Positions 15,965 through 24,515 of a stretch of DNA of 64,000 bases are shown here, piece after piece. The position numbers were made by a program, and so were the translations under genes. Location: NCBI GenBank assembly GCA_031416315.1, contig JANOTL010000201.1, positions 15,685 to 79,684 of the forward strand, written 5' to 3'. The notes below the pieces were generated by a model. That model saw only the letters and a program-made list of their open reading frames with translations, was not told the DNA's origin and did not search any database. How positions within the stretch are numbered: the first letter of the stretch is position 1; each line of letters starts with the position of its first letter. Source of the DNA: Pseudomonadota bacterium. GTDB taxonomy: Bacteria; Bdellovibrionota_B; Oligoflexia; Oligoflexales; CAIYRB01.

Positions 15965-18900
15965 ATGAGTAGGGCGAAAGACCCGAAAGATCCCAATGGG
16001 GCGAAGGAGCCGCGGATCGAGATGTTCGCCGATGACGCGGACGATTTCGACGAGAAGGACTTCCTCGCCATCCGCCGCGAGAACCGCAAGGCCGAGGATC
16101 TCCTGAGTCGCGAGCTGGAGAGCCAGCTCCGCGACGCCGAGAGCATCGCCTCAGAGCAGAAGGTCCTCGAGCGTTTCTCCTCCGACCTCGTCCTGCGCGA
16201 GCAAGCCGCGCTGCGCGAGCTCCGCGAGAAGATCCTCGAAGTCGAGGGCAAGACCGCCAAGCCGCGCCTCGCCGAACGCCTCCGCGCCGAAGAGCTCTCC
16301 GCCCAGCACCGCCTCAGAGACCGCATGAACCAGGAGCGCGCCGAATCCGAGCGCCGCGTCGCCCGTCAGATCCAGCTCGAGCGCATCCAGGCGCAAAACC
16401 GCCTCACCGAGCGCATGGCCCAGGAAGAGAAGGCCGCGCGCGAGCGCGAGGCCGCGCAGATCAAGGCGGAAGCCGAGGAATCCGACCGCCGCCGCGCCGA
16501 TAACGCCGACGGCGAGGTCAAGGAGGCCGAAGCCCGCCTTCGCGGCGCGCAGCAAGCGGAGCGCGACGCCGCCGACGGCCGCCTCCGCGCGCAAGTCGCT
16601 CGCGAGCGGCTCGAGATCGAAGAGCGCCTTCGCGAGGTGCTCACCCGCGAGGACAACGAGAGCAAGCGTCGCCTCGCCCGCCAGCTCGCCGACGAAGCCC
16701 AGGCGAAAGAGCGCCGCACGCAGGAAAACGCGGAGCGTGAAGCTGCCGAGTCCCGTCGCCGTCTCACCGAGCGCATGACCGAAGAGCGCCGCCTCGTCGA
16801 GCTTCGCGCCCGCCAGCGTCAGATCGACGAGACCGGGGAGACGACCAAGCGCCTTGCCGCTCAAGCCGCCAAGGAAGACGCTGCCGTCGAACATTGGCGC
16901 AAGGAGCAAGCGCGCCGCGAAGAGATGGAGGCGAAGCAACGCTTAGCCGAGCGCCAACGCAACGAAGAGCTCGCCTCCGAGCGCCGCGTCGAGGACCGCG
17001 TTCGTCTAGAGACCGAAGCCGCCGCCAAACGACGCGTCGTTTACTTCGCCAAAGAGAAAGCCGAATCCGACGATCGCGTCCGGGCACGCCTTGAGATCGA
17101 GGACCGCGAGGCCAAGTCGCGCGACAGCGCTCGCCGCGAGCGCGAGGCCGAAGAGACGCTCCGCCGCGTGGAGGCCCAGCTCGCCGGCGAAGCCGTCGAT
17201 GCCGAGCGCCGTAACGCCCGCCGCCATGAGCTCGAGGCCGAGGGCGCCGCCGCCCGCGCTGCCGACCAAACCAAGAAGGAAGCTCTCGCCGCCGAGGCGC
17301 GTCGCGAAGCCGCGCTCAACACCGAAAAGCGCGAGGCCGATGCGCGCGAGCGCCAACGCCTCGCCGCCGAAGCCCGGGACGCCGACGCCCGCCTCGTCGC
17401 GGCCCAGCTGCTCGAGAAAAAAGCCTCCGAAGAGCGCGTCGCCTTCCGGATGCGCGAAGAAGAGGCGCGGGCCAACGACCGCCGCGACGCTCAACTCGTC
17501 GCCGAGGCCGGGGAAGCGAAAAAACGCTTCACCGCCGTTCTCGCTCGCGAAGAGCGCGAAGCCGAGCTCCGCGAAGCCGCCCGCGTCCCCGCCGAAACTC
17601 AGGAAACCGAGCGCCGCCGCGCCAACGCCCAAGAAGCCGAGCGCCGCTTCGCCGCCGAACGCCAGGCGAAGCGTCTCGACGCCGAGCGCCAAAGCGCCGA
17701 GCGGCGCGTCGCCGCGGCCATCTTGCAAGAGAAGAAGGAAGCCGAGCAGCGCCTGCGCCTCCGCCTCGCCGTCGAAGACCGCGAGGCCGAGCAGCGCCTC
17801 GCCGTCGTCGTCGCGCAGGAGAAGGAAGAAGCCGACAAACGCCTGCGCGACCAGAAGGACCGGGAGATGCGCGACGCGGAGCTTCGCCTCGCCCGCCGCC
17901 TCAAAGCCGAGGCGCGCGCCAACGAAGAGCGCAAGCGCGCCGCCGGCGTCGAGGAGCATGAAGCTTCCGAGTGCCGCGCCGCCACGATGATCGCCCGCGA
18001 GGAGCGCGAAGCGGAAGAGCGCGGCAAGACGCAGCTCGCGCAAGAAGCTCGCGACGCCGCCGAGCGGCTGAAGCTCCGGATGCAGGCCGAAGAAAAGGAC
18101 TCCGCCCAGCGTCGCGACGCGGCCCGCCGCCGCGAGGACGAAGCCGTCCGCGAGCGCGCCGCGAAGGCCAATATCGAGGAAGACCGGCAGGCCGAAGAGC
18201 GCGTAGCGCAGCGCCTCATCGCCGAAACCCGCGAGCTGGAATCGCTGCGCGCCCGCCTCGCCGAGACGGAGGAGCGCTCCGCCGTCGAGCGCCAACGCGT
18301 CCGTCAGGGGAAAGAAGACCGCGAATCCGAGGAGCGCCGTCGCCGCGCCCAAGCCCTCGAAGAAGAGAGCGCCGCCGAGCGCCTGCGCCGCCGCGTTGCC
18401 GACGAGGAAGAGGCCTCGCGCCTTCGCCTCGACGTCCGCCTTCGCGAGGAAGAACGCTACAGCGCCGCGCGGCTGAAACAACAGCTCGCCGAGGAGGAGG
18501 CGGCCGCGAAAAAGCGCCTGACCCAACTCCGCTTGCAAGAGCGCGCCGCCTCCGAAGAACGCACGACCAAGCGCCGCGAGGACGAAGATCTCGCCCGCGA
18601 GCGACGCCTAAAAGCCGGCGCCGAGGCCGAGGCGGAAGAAACCAAGCGCCGCCACCAGGAGCTCTTCGAGACCGAAGAGCGCGAGTCCCGCGAGCGCTAT
18701 GCCGCCGCTTTCCGCGAAGAACGCGAAGAAGCCGACAAACGCCGCAAGGCCCGCCTCAGTGACGAAGCCCAAAAAGCCGCCGATCGCGCGGTTCGCCGCC
18801 AGAAGGACGATCAAGAAGCGTTCAAAAAGCGCCTCACGCTGCAGCTCTCCGTCGAGGAGGAGGAAGCGGCTCGCCGTATGCAGGAGGCCATGGCCGCCGA

Positions 18901-20053
18901 GCAAAGAGAGGTCGACCTCCGCCGCGCCGAGACCGAGCGCGTCTTCGACGAGGACCGCCGCCGTCGCCATGAGCTCACGCTCGAGGCCGAGGCTAAAGCC
19001 GGTAGAGAGCGCATCGCTCGCTTGCAGTCGGAGGAGCTCATCGCCGCCGAGCGCAAGAAGCGCGAGCTACTTCGGCTAGAAGAGGAGGAGGCGAAGATTC
19101 GCCTCGCCAAGGCCATAGAAGACGAGCGCAAAGGCCACGACGACCGCCTCAAGCGCCGGCTCGAAGACGAGGAGCGCGACGCCCAAAAACGCCGTGTCGC
19201 TCGCCTCGAGGTCGAAGGCCTGACCGCGCGCAAGCGCCACGAGGAAGCGCTTTCCCGCGAAGAGTTCGAGTCCCAGCAGCGCATCCAGGATCGTCTCGCC
19301 GACGAGGAAGAGGCCTCGAAGCGCCACGAGGAAGAGCTCGTCGCGCAGGAAGCGATCGCCGCGGAGAAGCGGAAGATGGCGCGCCTAGTCGAGGAGCAAA
19401 AAACGCTCGGCGAGATCGACAAGGTCCGCAAGGCCACGCATCGCAAGCGCGAGGTCGAGCGCATGCAGCTGATCCAGGACCTCGCCCGCCGCGAGCAGGA
19501 AGTCTGGCTCGCCGAAAAAGTGCGCCTCGAGCGCGAGCTCGCGAAAGAGCTCGACGACTCGCAGCGCCAGCACGCCCGCGAGCTGCAGAATGAAGAGCAA
19601 GCGATGCGCCAACGCGTCGCCCAGCGCACCTCGCGCGCGAAAGAGCGCGAAGTTAGCCTGGCCGATCTCGAGCGCGAGCTGGACGAAGCCGATCAGCGGC
19701 GCCGCGAGCAAGCCCAGAAGCTCGCGACTCTCCCGCAGCCCGAGCCGCTAGCGCCGACGGCGGTCCTAGAGCCCACCATCGGCTGCGATCTCGCGCGCGT
19801 CCTCTCCGCCACCTCGCCGAAGATCCTCGCCCAAGAGCTGGCGATGAAGACCGCCGTCGAGGCTTTCGAGCTCCTCGACGACTGCAGCGAGGAAGCGCGC
19901 GGCGTCATCCTGCTCGCCATCAACGAGCCGATGAAAAGCCTCTTCGAAGGCGAGCTCGCGACATCGCCGCGCCTTGCCGCCGCACGGCGCCGCAAGGGGC
20001 CACGCCCGATCGACACCTTCGTCGAAGGGCTCGAACGTCGCTTCACGCGGTGA
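15965..20053 (+). CDS. Giant E/R/A-rich repetitive alpha-helical protein (1362 aa; predicted single alpha-helix or non-heptad coiled coil) with a small C-terminal globular domain
   Basis: The in-frame ATG at 15965 (MSRAKDPKDPNGAKEP...) lies downstream of the metB-like gene. The track ORF start at 15740 overlaps that gene. There is no signal peptide or TM helix. About 1200 aa consist of degenerate AExRLxxxLxxExxE-type repeats. The last ~130 aa are non-repetitive. Confidence 0.85.
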   Translation: MSRAKDPKDPNGAKEPRIEMFADDADDFDEKDFLAIRRENRKAEDLLSRELESQLRDAESIASEQKVLERFSSDLVLREQAALRELREKILEVEGKTAKPRLAERLRAEELSAQHRLRDRMNQERAESERRVARQIQLERIQAQNRLTERMAQEEKAAREREAAQIKAEAEESDRRRADNADGEVKEAEARLRGAQQAERDAADGRLRAQVARERLEIEERLREVLTREDNESKRRLARQLADEAQAKERRTQENAEREAAESRRRLTERMTEERRLVELRARQRQIDETGETTKRLAAQAAKEDAAVEHWRKEQARREEMEAKQRLAERQRNEELASERRVEDRVRLETEAAAKRRVVYFAKEKAESDDRVRARLEIEDREAKSRDSARREREAEETLRRVEAQLAGEAVDAERRNARRHELEAEGAAARAADQTKKEALAAEARREAALNTEKREADARERQRLAAEARDADARLVAAQLLEKKASEERVAFRMREEEARANDRRDAQLVAEAGEAKKRFTAVLAREEREAELREAARVPAETQETERRRANAQEAERRFAAERQAKRLDAERQSAERRVAAAILQEKKEAEQRLRLRLAVEDREAEQRLAVVVAQEKEEADKRLRDQKDREMRDAELRLARRLKAEARANEERKRAAGVEEHEASECRAATMIAREEREAEERGKTQLAQEARDAAERLKLRMQAEEKDSAQRRDAARRREDEAVRERAAKANIEEDRQAEERVAQRLIAETRELESLRARLAETEERSAVERQRVRQGKEDRESEERRRRAQALEEESAAERLRRRVADEEEASRLRLDVRLREEERYSAARLKQQLAEEEAAAKKRLTQLRLQERAASEERTTKRREDEDLARERRLKAGAEAEAEETKRRHQELFETEERESRERYAAAFREEREEADKRRKARLSDEAQKAADRAVRRQKDDQEAFKKRLTLQLSVEEEEAARRMQEAMAAEQREVDLRRAETERVFDEDRRRRHELTLEAEAKAGRERIARLQSEELIAAERKKRELLRLEEEEAKIRLAKAIEDERKGHDDRLKRRLEDEERDAQKRRVARLEVEGLTARKRHEEALSREEFESQQRIQDRLADEEEASKRHEEELVAQEAIAAEKRKMARLVEEQKTLGEIDKVRKATHRKREVERMQLIQDLARREQEVWLAEKVRLERELAKELDDSQRQHARELQNEEQAMRQRVAQRTSRAKEREVSLADLERELDEADQRRREQAQKLATLPQPEPLAPTAVLEPTIGCDLARVLSATSPKILAQELAMKTAVEAFELLDDCSEEARGVILLAINEPMKSLFEGELATSPRLAAARRRKGPRPIDTFVEGLERRFTR

Positions 20054-20910
20054 GCTGGACAGTCGACAAGGAATACCAGTCTCGCCCGCACGCTCGGGGC
20101 GACGCCTGGGTGTTCCGCATCGCCCGCGACGCCGCTTTCTGGGGCCTCTTCGTCGACGAGCAGACGCGCTACAAGACCCGCTTCGAGCCGGGAACCGAAG
20201 CGCATCCTGAGCTCGACGAGATCATCATCTGCCTCGAAGGCCGCTACTGGGTGCGCGTCGGCGACTGGTCCCGCACGCTCTCCCCCGGCGAGGCCGCGCT
20301 CATTCCCCACGGCGTCCAACACGACTCGGGCGTCGCGACCAACCTCGTCGGCATGCACTTCCTCGTACTGCTCTTCCCACGCGCGGCGAACGTCCTGACT
20401 CCCGAGGCTCTCCCGATCCCTCGCGGCGTCGCGCTCCCCCCCGGTGCCCTCTCTTGGTTCCGCGGCGCTTTCCGCCTCCTTCGCGCCACGCCGACGCCAC
20501 TAGGCTTCCTCCCGCTCTCCATCCTGCCCGAGTTCATCACATCCCTTTGCGCGCTCCCGCCTCTTCCCGCCGACACATCGCACCCCGACCCCGTCGTCCA
20601 ACAAATCATCGACCTCCTCGAGCAACCCGAAATCCCTTCGCTCGCGGCACTCGCCGCGCATGTCTCCCTCACGCCTTCGCATTTACAAAAACGTTTCCTG
20701 ACCGCCGTCGGCTGCTCCCCACTCCAGTACGCGCGCGCCTGGCAGCTCGACCGCATCGCGGCGGAGCTCCGCGGCGGCAGCACCCGCCCGCTCGTCGACG
20801 TCGCGACTGACCACGGCTTCAATGACCAAAAGCACTTCCGCCAGCTGTTCAAGCGCCGCTTCGGCCAGGCGCCCGCCTCCTACCGCAAGAACCACCCGCC
20901 CGAAGGCTGA
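20050..20910 (+). CDS. AraC family transcriptional regulator with an N-terminal cupin domain
   Basis: The C-terminal AraC helix-turn-helix is present (SLAALAAHVSLTPSHLQKRFLTAVGCSPLQYARAWQL...DHGFNDQKHFRQLFKRRFGQAPASYRK). The N-terminal cupin is also present (ICLEGRYWVRVGD...ALIPHGVQH). The GTG start overlaps the upstream stop (GTGA). Confidence 0.85.
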   Translation: MSWTVDKEYQSRPHARGDAWVFRIARDAAFWGLFVDEQTRYKTRFEPGTEAHPELDEIIICLEGRYWVRVGDWSRTLSPGEAALIPHGVQHDSGVATNLVGMHFLVLLFPRAANVLTPEALPIPRGVALPPGALSWFRGAFRLLRATPTPLGFLPLSILPEFITSLCALPPLPADTSHPDPVVQQIIDLLEQPEIPSLAALAAHVSLTPSHLQKRFLTAVGCSPLQYARAWQLDRIAAELRGGSTRPLVDVATDHGFNDQKHFRQLFKRRFGQAPASYRKNHPPEG

Positions 20911-20969
20911 GCTGCCGCGCTACGTTCCGCGTGACCGGTAACCACCCCATTCACGAAGGATTATGCGCG

Positions 20970-21299
20970 ATGAGACTCTCCCACCTGCACCTCGGCGTCC
21001 ACGATCTGTCCGCCGCCGTCGCCTGGTTCCGCGCCGTCGCTGGCATCGAAACCACCTATGAAAACGACCATATGGCGAGCTTCGTCCTCGGCGACCAAAG
21101 CCTCGTCCTGGACCGCGCCGAGACCGATTCCGAGGCGACCCTGGCCGTGGAATCTCAGGACGTCGACGCCGATCACGCCGCCTTTCTCACTCGCGGGGGA
21201 GTCGACGCCGGTGCCCCGGAAGATCAGCCTTGGGGCGTGCGCTGTGCTTACATCCGCGGCCCCGGCGCGCTCACCATCGAGCTCGAGACGCCGCTCTAA
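20970..21299 (+). CDS. VOC/glyoxalase-bleomycin resistance family protein
   Basis: MRLSHLHLGVHDLSAAVAWF... is typical of the VOC fold. GAAGGA lies 10 nt upstream of ATG 20970. Confidence 0.7.
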   Translation: MRLSHLHLGVHDLSAAVAWFRAVAGIETTYENDHMASFVLGDQSLVLDRAETDSEATLAVESQDVDADHAAFLTRGGVDAGAPEDQPWGVRCAYIRGPGALTIELETPL

Positions 21300-21415
21300 C
21301 TCACCCAACTATCATCCTCGATCCGCGATGTTACCAAGGATCTTCAGGAACGACCCCTAGAGCACCGAACGTGTTCCCCGTCCCTGAAACTCCCACTCCT
21401 CCCGCGGAGAGCGCC

Positions 21416-21697
21416 ATGCGCGAAGCAACCGGCAAAAACCCGGAAATTTATGAAGTTCTGACGCTGTTCGTCGGCTTCCTCGGCCTGAATCGCCTCTATC
21501 TCGACGATGTCGGCGCCACGCTCGCGCGCCTTCTCTATTTCGCTTGTGCCGTGGCGCTAGGGTTCACCGGCTTAGCCCTGCTCTCGACCCCGGTCTTGGC
21601 CGCTTCCGGCGTGTTCGTGGCGCTCCTTTTCGCGCTCTGGGTCCGTGATTACACGCACCTGCACAGCCAAGTTGCCAAGGCCAACGCGCCCCGGTAA
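21416..21697 (+). CDS. Small TM2-domain-like membrane protein
   Basis: 93 aa with two TM helices. FVGFLGLNRLYLDD resembles the TM2 G-x-H/N-R-F/L-Y-L motif. Confidence 0.45.
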   Translation: MREATGKNPEIYEVLTLFVGFLGLNRLYLDDVGATLARLLYFACAVALGFTGLALLSTPVLAASGVFVALLFALWVRDYTHLHSQVAKANAPR

Positions 21698-21709
21698 CTC
21701 TCTGTCCCG

Positions 21710-22444
21710 ATGCAGCAGATCCTCTCCTTCTACCGCTTTTTCGCCCTCGAGGACCCGCAAGCCAAAGGCGAAGCGCTCCATGCCGCCGCCGTGCGCTTCG
21801 GTCTCCTCGGCACGATCCTCGTCGCCAAGGAAGGCCTCAATTGCGTCTTTTCCGGCGAAGACGCGGCGATCGACGTGATGGCCGTCGCCCTACGCGGCGA
21901 TCCCGATCTCGAAGACGTCGCCATGCGACGCACGCTGGTCCCGGAGAACACCGATAAGGCGCCGCCTTTCAAGAAGCTCGAGATGAAGGTGAAGCGCTGG
22001 ATCATCCGGTTCGCCGACGACGAGGACCCGAGCCTCGACGCGATCTTAGGCGGTGCCCGCCTCTCGCCGGAAGACCTCGACCGTCTCCTCGCGGAAAAGC
22101 GTGACGACCTCGTCCTCGTCGACACGCGCAACGCCTACGAGGTCGAAGCCGGTACCTTCGCGGGCGCCAAACACTTCCCGATCGAGCGCTTTTCGGAGTT
22201 CCCCGAGGCTTTTGCCGCCGAAGCCGATCCCTCGAAGACTTACGTCTTCTTCTGCACCGGCGGCGTCCGCTGCGAAAAAGTCGTGCCCTGGGCGCGAAAG
22301 GCCGGCTTCGCCCACTCCTTCCAGCTCGACGGTGGTATCCTCGGCTACCTCGCGGAGCGCGGCCAGAGTCGCTGGCAAGGCGACTGCTTCGTATTCGACG
22401 GCCGTCGCGCCGTAGGAGCGCTCGATGTCGGAAGAGCTCGCTAG
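21710..22444 (+). CDS. trhO: Rhodanese-domain protein of the UPF0176/YceA family (tRNA uridine(34) hydroxylase TrhO-like)
   Basis: The N-terminus ILSFYRFFALEDPQ...GTILVAKEGLNCVFSG and the rhodanese active-site loop FFCTGGVRCEK are both present. Confidence 0.75.
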   Translation: MQQILSFYRFFALEDPQAKGEALHAAAVRFGLLGTILVAKEGLNCVFSGEDAAIDVMAVALRGDPDLEDVAMRRTLVPENTDKAPPFKKLEMKVKRWIIRFADDEDPSLDAILGGARLSPEDLDRLLAEKRDDLVLVDTRNAYEVEAGTFAGAKHFPIERFSEFPEAFAAEADPSKTYVFFCTGGVRCEKVVPWARKAGFAHSFQLDGGILGYLAERGQSRWQGDCFVFDGRRAVGALDVGRAR

Positions 22445-23162
22445 CCTCATCGCCGGCGCCGATCTGCAAAGAATCGGCGCCTCCGGCTATCTCGTCCTTC
22501 GCGGCGAGGTCCCGACGCACTTCCTGAAGACCGCGCGCGGCGCCGCGATGGAGGTGCTCCGGCGCGAGCACGACGTCCTGCAATTCCTGAACGGCCGCTA
22601 CGCCGCGCCGAAGCCCGAGGCCTTCGACGTGGACGAGCGCAAGAACTCGCTGCTCACGAGCTTTATCGACGGCGCCACCGTCGCCGGCATCGTCGCCTCG
22701 CCGGAGGCGCCGCCCGCGGCCGCCTTCATTCCGCTCTTGATCGACCATCTCAAGCAGATTCACGCGCTCTCGGTGTACGTCGTGCCCTTCCGGCCGACCC
22801 TAGCCGGCCGCATGGCCGTCGCCCGTGAGCGCGCCGCAGGCGGATTCGCCACGCCCGCCCAACTCGAGAGACTCCTGGCGCTGCGGCCGAAGACGCCAGA
22901 AGATCTTGTCTTCACGCACGGCGATTTCAGCCTCACGAACCTGATCCTCGCCGACGAAGACACCTTGGCCGGCGTCGTCGACTGGGGCCGCGCCGGCATC
23001 GCCGACCGGTATCAAGACCTCGCGCTCTTCGTCCGCAGCTTCGCCGATCACACGCACCTTCCGCGCGAGGAGGTGATCCCCCTCGTCGCCAAAGCGTACG
23101 GCCTGGAGACGCTCGATCCGGAGAAGCTCGCGTTCTACGAGCTCTTGGACGAGTTCTTCTGA
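22425..23162 (+). CDS. Aminoglycoside 3'-phosphotransferase (APH(3')) family kinase
   Basis: It has the catalytic loop HGDFSLTNLIL, VVDWGRAGIADRYQDLAL and a C-terminal YELLDEFF, as in APH(3') enzymes. It overlaps the trhO end by 20 nt. Confidence 0.72.
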   Translation: MSEELASLIAGADLQRIGASGYLVLRGEVPTHFLKTARGAAMEVLRREHDVLQFLNGRYAAPKPEAFDVDERKNSLLTSFIDGATVAGIVASPEAPPAAAFIPLLIDHLKQIHALSVYVVPFRPTLAGRMAVARERAAGGFATPAQLERLLALRPKTPEDLVFTHGDFSLTNLILADEDTLAGVVDWGRAGIADRYQDLALFVRSFADHTHLPREEVIPLVAKAYGLETLDPEKLAFYELLDEFF

Positions 23163-24133
23163 GTCTCGGCCGCTTCGTGGAACCGCTTCACGATCACGCC
23201 CACTGGCTCGACCTTCTTCACGCCGTCGACGCTCTTTCCGGCCTGGAAAAAGTCCTTGTAGGCGCTGCCCTTCTGATTCGATTTCCGCAGCTGCAGAACC
23301 GAGCGTAAGCTGTAGAACATCCGCGCGTAGTGCTTCGTCCGCCCGTTGGTCAGCAAGAACTTGGTCAGCCGGTTCGGCTCCGTCCCCATTTTCTTGATGT
23401 AGTCGGTGCGGATCACGGAGACCGGCACGCCCGTGATCTTCACGGTGAGCACGATGTCCTCGCTCTTCGCTTTCAGGATCGCGTCCTTGTAGTCCTGGTG
23501 CGCCGTGCACTCGGTCGTCGCGATGAACCGCGTCCCGAGCTGCACGCCGTCGTAGCCCATCTTCAACGCGTCGACGTAGTCGCCCTCGGCGCCGATCCCG
23601 CCCGCGCAAATCAGCGGCAGATCGTATTTCCTGAGATCGTCGAGGAGACGCTGTGGCGCCACGTTCCCGGCGTGCCCGCCGGCCCGGTTGTTGACGCAGA
23701 TCAGGCCGTCGACGCCGCCGGCGATCGCCTTCTCGGCCCACTTCGCCTCGGTCACGTCGTGGTAGACCTTGCCGCCGGTCTTCTTCACCTTGTCGACGAC
23801 CCAGCGCGGATCGCCGAGCGCCGTGATGAAGAACTTCACGCCCTCTTCGAGCGCGATGTCGAGCCACTGCCGGTTCCGCTCGAGGTAGAGCTCGCTCGAC
23901 TTCTCGATGAGGAGATTCAGTCCGACGGGCTTGCCGCCTGCCAGTTTCTGGATCTTGCGCAGCCCTACGCGGAAGTCGTGCTTGTGCACGAAAACCAGGG
24001 ACACGGGTTGAACGATGCCGATCGCTCCGGCAGCGGAGACCGCGGCGACGAGCTCCGGATTGCTACAGGGGTACATGGCGCCGCCGATGATCGGAATTTC
24101 GCATCCGGCGTCGCGTGTGAGTCTAGTTTCCAT
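23135..24133 (-). CDS. Nitronate monooxygenase / FabK-like NAD(P)H-dependent flavin oxidoreductase
   Basis: A TIM-barrel FMN enzyme pattern is present (IPIIGGAMYPCSNPELVAAVSAAGAIGIV; ICAGGIGAEGDYVDALKMGYDGVQLGTRF). The start is taken at METRL (24133); the alternative is 24169. Confidence 0.75.
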   Translation of the reverse strand: METRLTRDAGCEIPIIGGAMYPCSNPELVAAVSAAGAIGIVQPVSLVFVHKHDFRVGLRKIQKLAGGKPVGLNLLIEKSSELYLERNRQWLDIALEEGVKFFITALGDPRWVVDKVKKTGGKVYHDVTEAKWAEKAIAGGVDGLICVNNRAGGHAGNVAPQRLLDDLRKYDLPLICAGGIGAEGDYVDALKMGYDGVQLGTRFIATTECTAHQDYKDAILKAKSEDIVLTVKITGVPVSVIRTDYIKKMGTEPNRLTKFLLTNGRTKHYARMFYSLRSVLQLRKSNQKGSAYKDFFQAGKSVDGVKKVEPVGVIVKRFHEAAETQKNSSKSS

Positions 24134-24515
24134 GGCCCGGATCCTATCACTTCGGCTGATCGCGGCCACACTGCCCGCGGCCGCCGAAAGGGTCCGGCCT
24201 CGCCTTGCTGACGGTCAGGATGAGGACGACGATACCGGGGAGGCGAGACAATTCGAGGGCCCTACAATTCTGCTTTCGAACTCAGCCGCAGGCCGGGCGG
24301 ATGGCCTCGCGAACAACTCTCATTTCAGTGGGTTACGATTTCGTCGTCCGACGCGGCCCAAGTCCTCGGCACCACATGCGAGGCGTTCTCGCCGCACCGT
24401 CGTGCGAGTTCGTCATGGACAGGCGTTCGGACTTCCGGCCACACTCAGCATCACGCCAAAAACGTTGTGCAGTGATACCTGGAATCAATTCATGCGGTTA
24501 GCGGACGGATAAGCA

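Noticed and set aside
16151-19711. Multiple long minus-strand and off-frame ORFs inside the giant E/R-rich gene (for example 17006..18538, 510 aa; 18811..19629, 272 aa; 17091..17990, plus strand, 299 aa).
   Set aside because: They are mirror or shifted frames of a GAG/CGC/GCC-rich repeat and translate to Ala/Leu/Gly/Arg or Ser/Arg low-complexity strings. The plus frame from 15965 is continuous for 1362 codons with consistent codon bias.
20050-24170. Whether the accessory-looking block (AraC, VOC, TM2, trhO, APH, NMO) is a genomic island or mobile element.
   Set aside because: I could see no integrase, transposase, tRNA target, flanking direct repeats or compositional break. The genes have the same GC3 bias as their neighbours.
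24015-24512. Plus-strand ORFs 24015..24512 (165 aa) and 24205..24501 (98 aa) upstream of top6B.
   Set aside because: They contain many A/T-ending and rare codons, unlike confirmed genes here. One overlaps the nitronate monooxygenase gene antisense, and neither has a Shine-Dalgarno sequence. I treat them as non-coding.
24134-24515. Possible RNase P, tmRNA or SRP RNA in the long intergenic region. GAAAGGGTCCGG occurs on the plus strand and GGAAGTCCGAAC on the minus strand, faintly recalling the RNase P CR-I motif GAGGAAAGUCCGG.
   Set aside because: I could not find the partner P4 strand (ACAGAA..CCGGCUUA-like) or the other conserved regions on either strand. There is no tmRNA tag region or acceptor end and no SRP GGAA tetraloop context. 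The resemblance is to a single short motif only.
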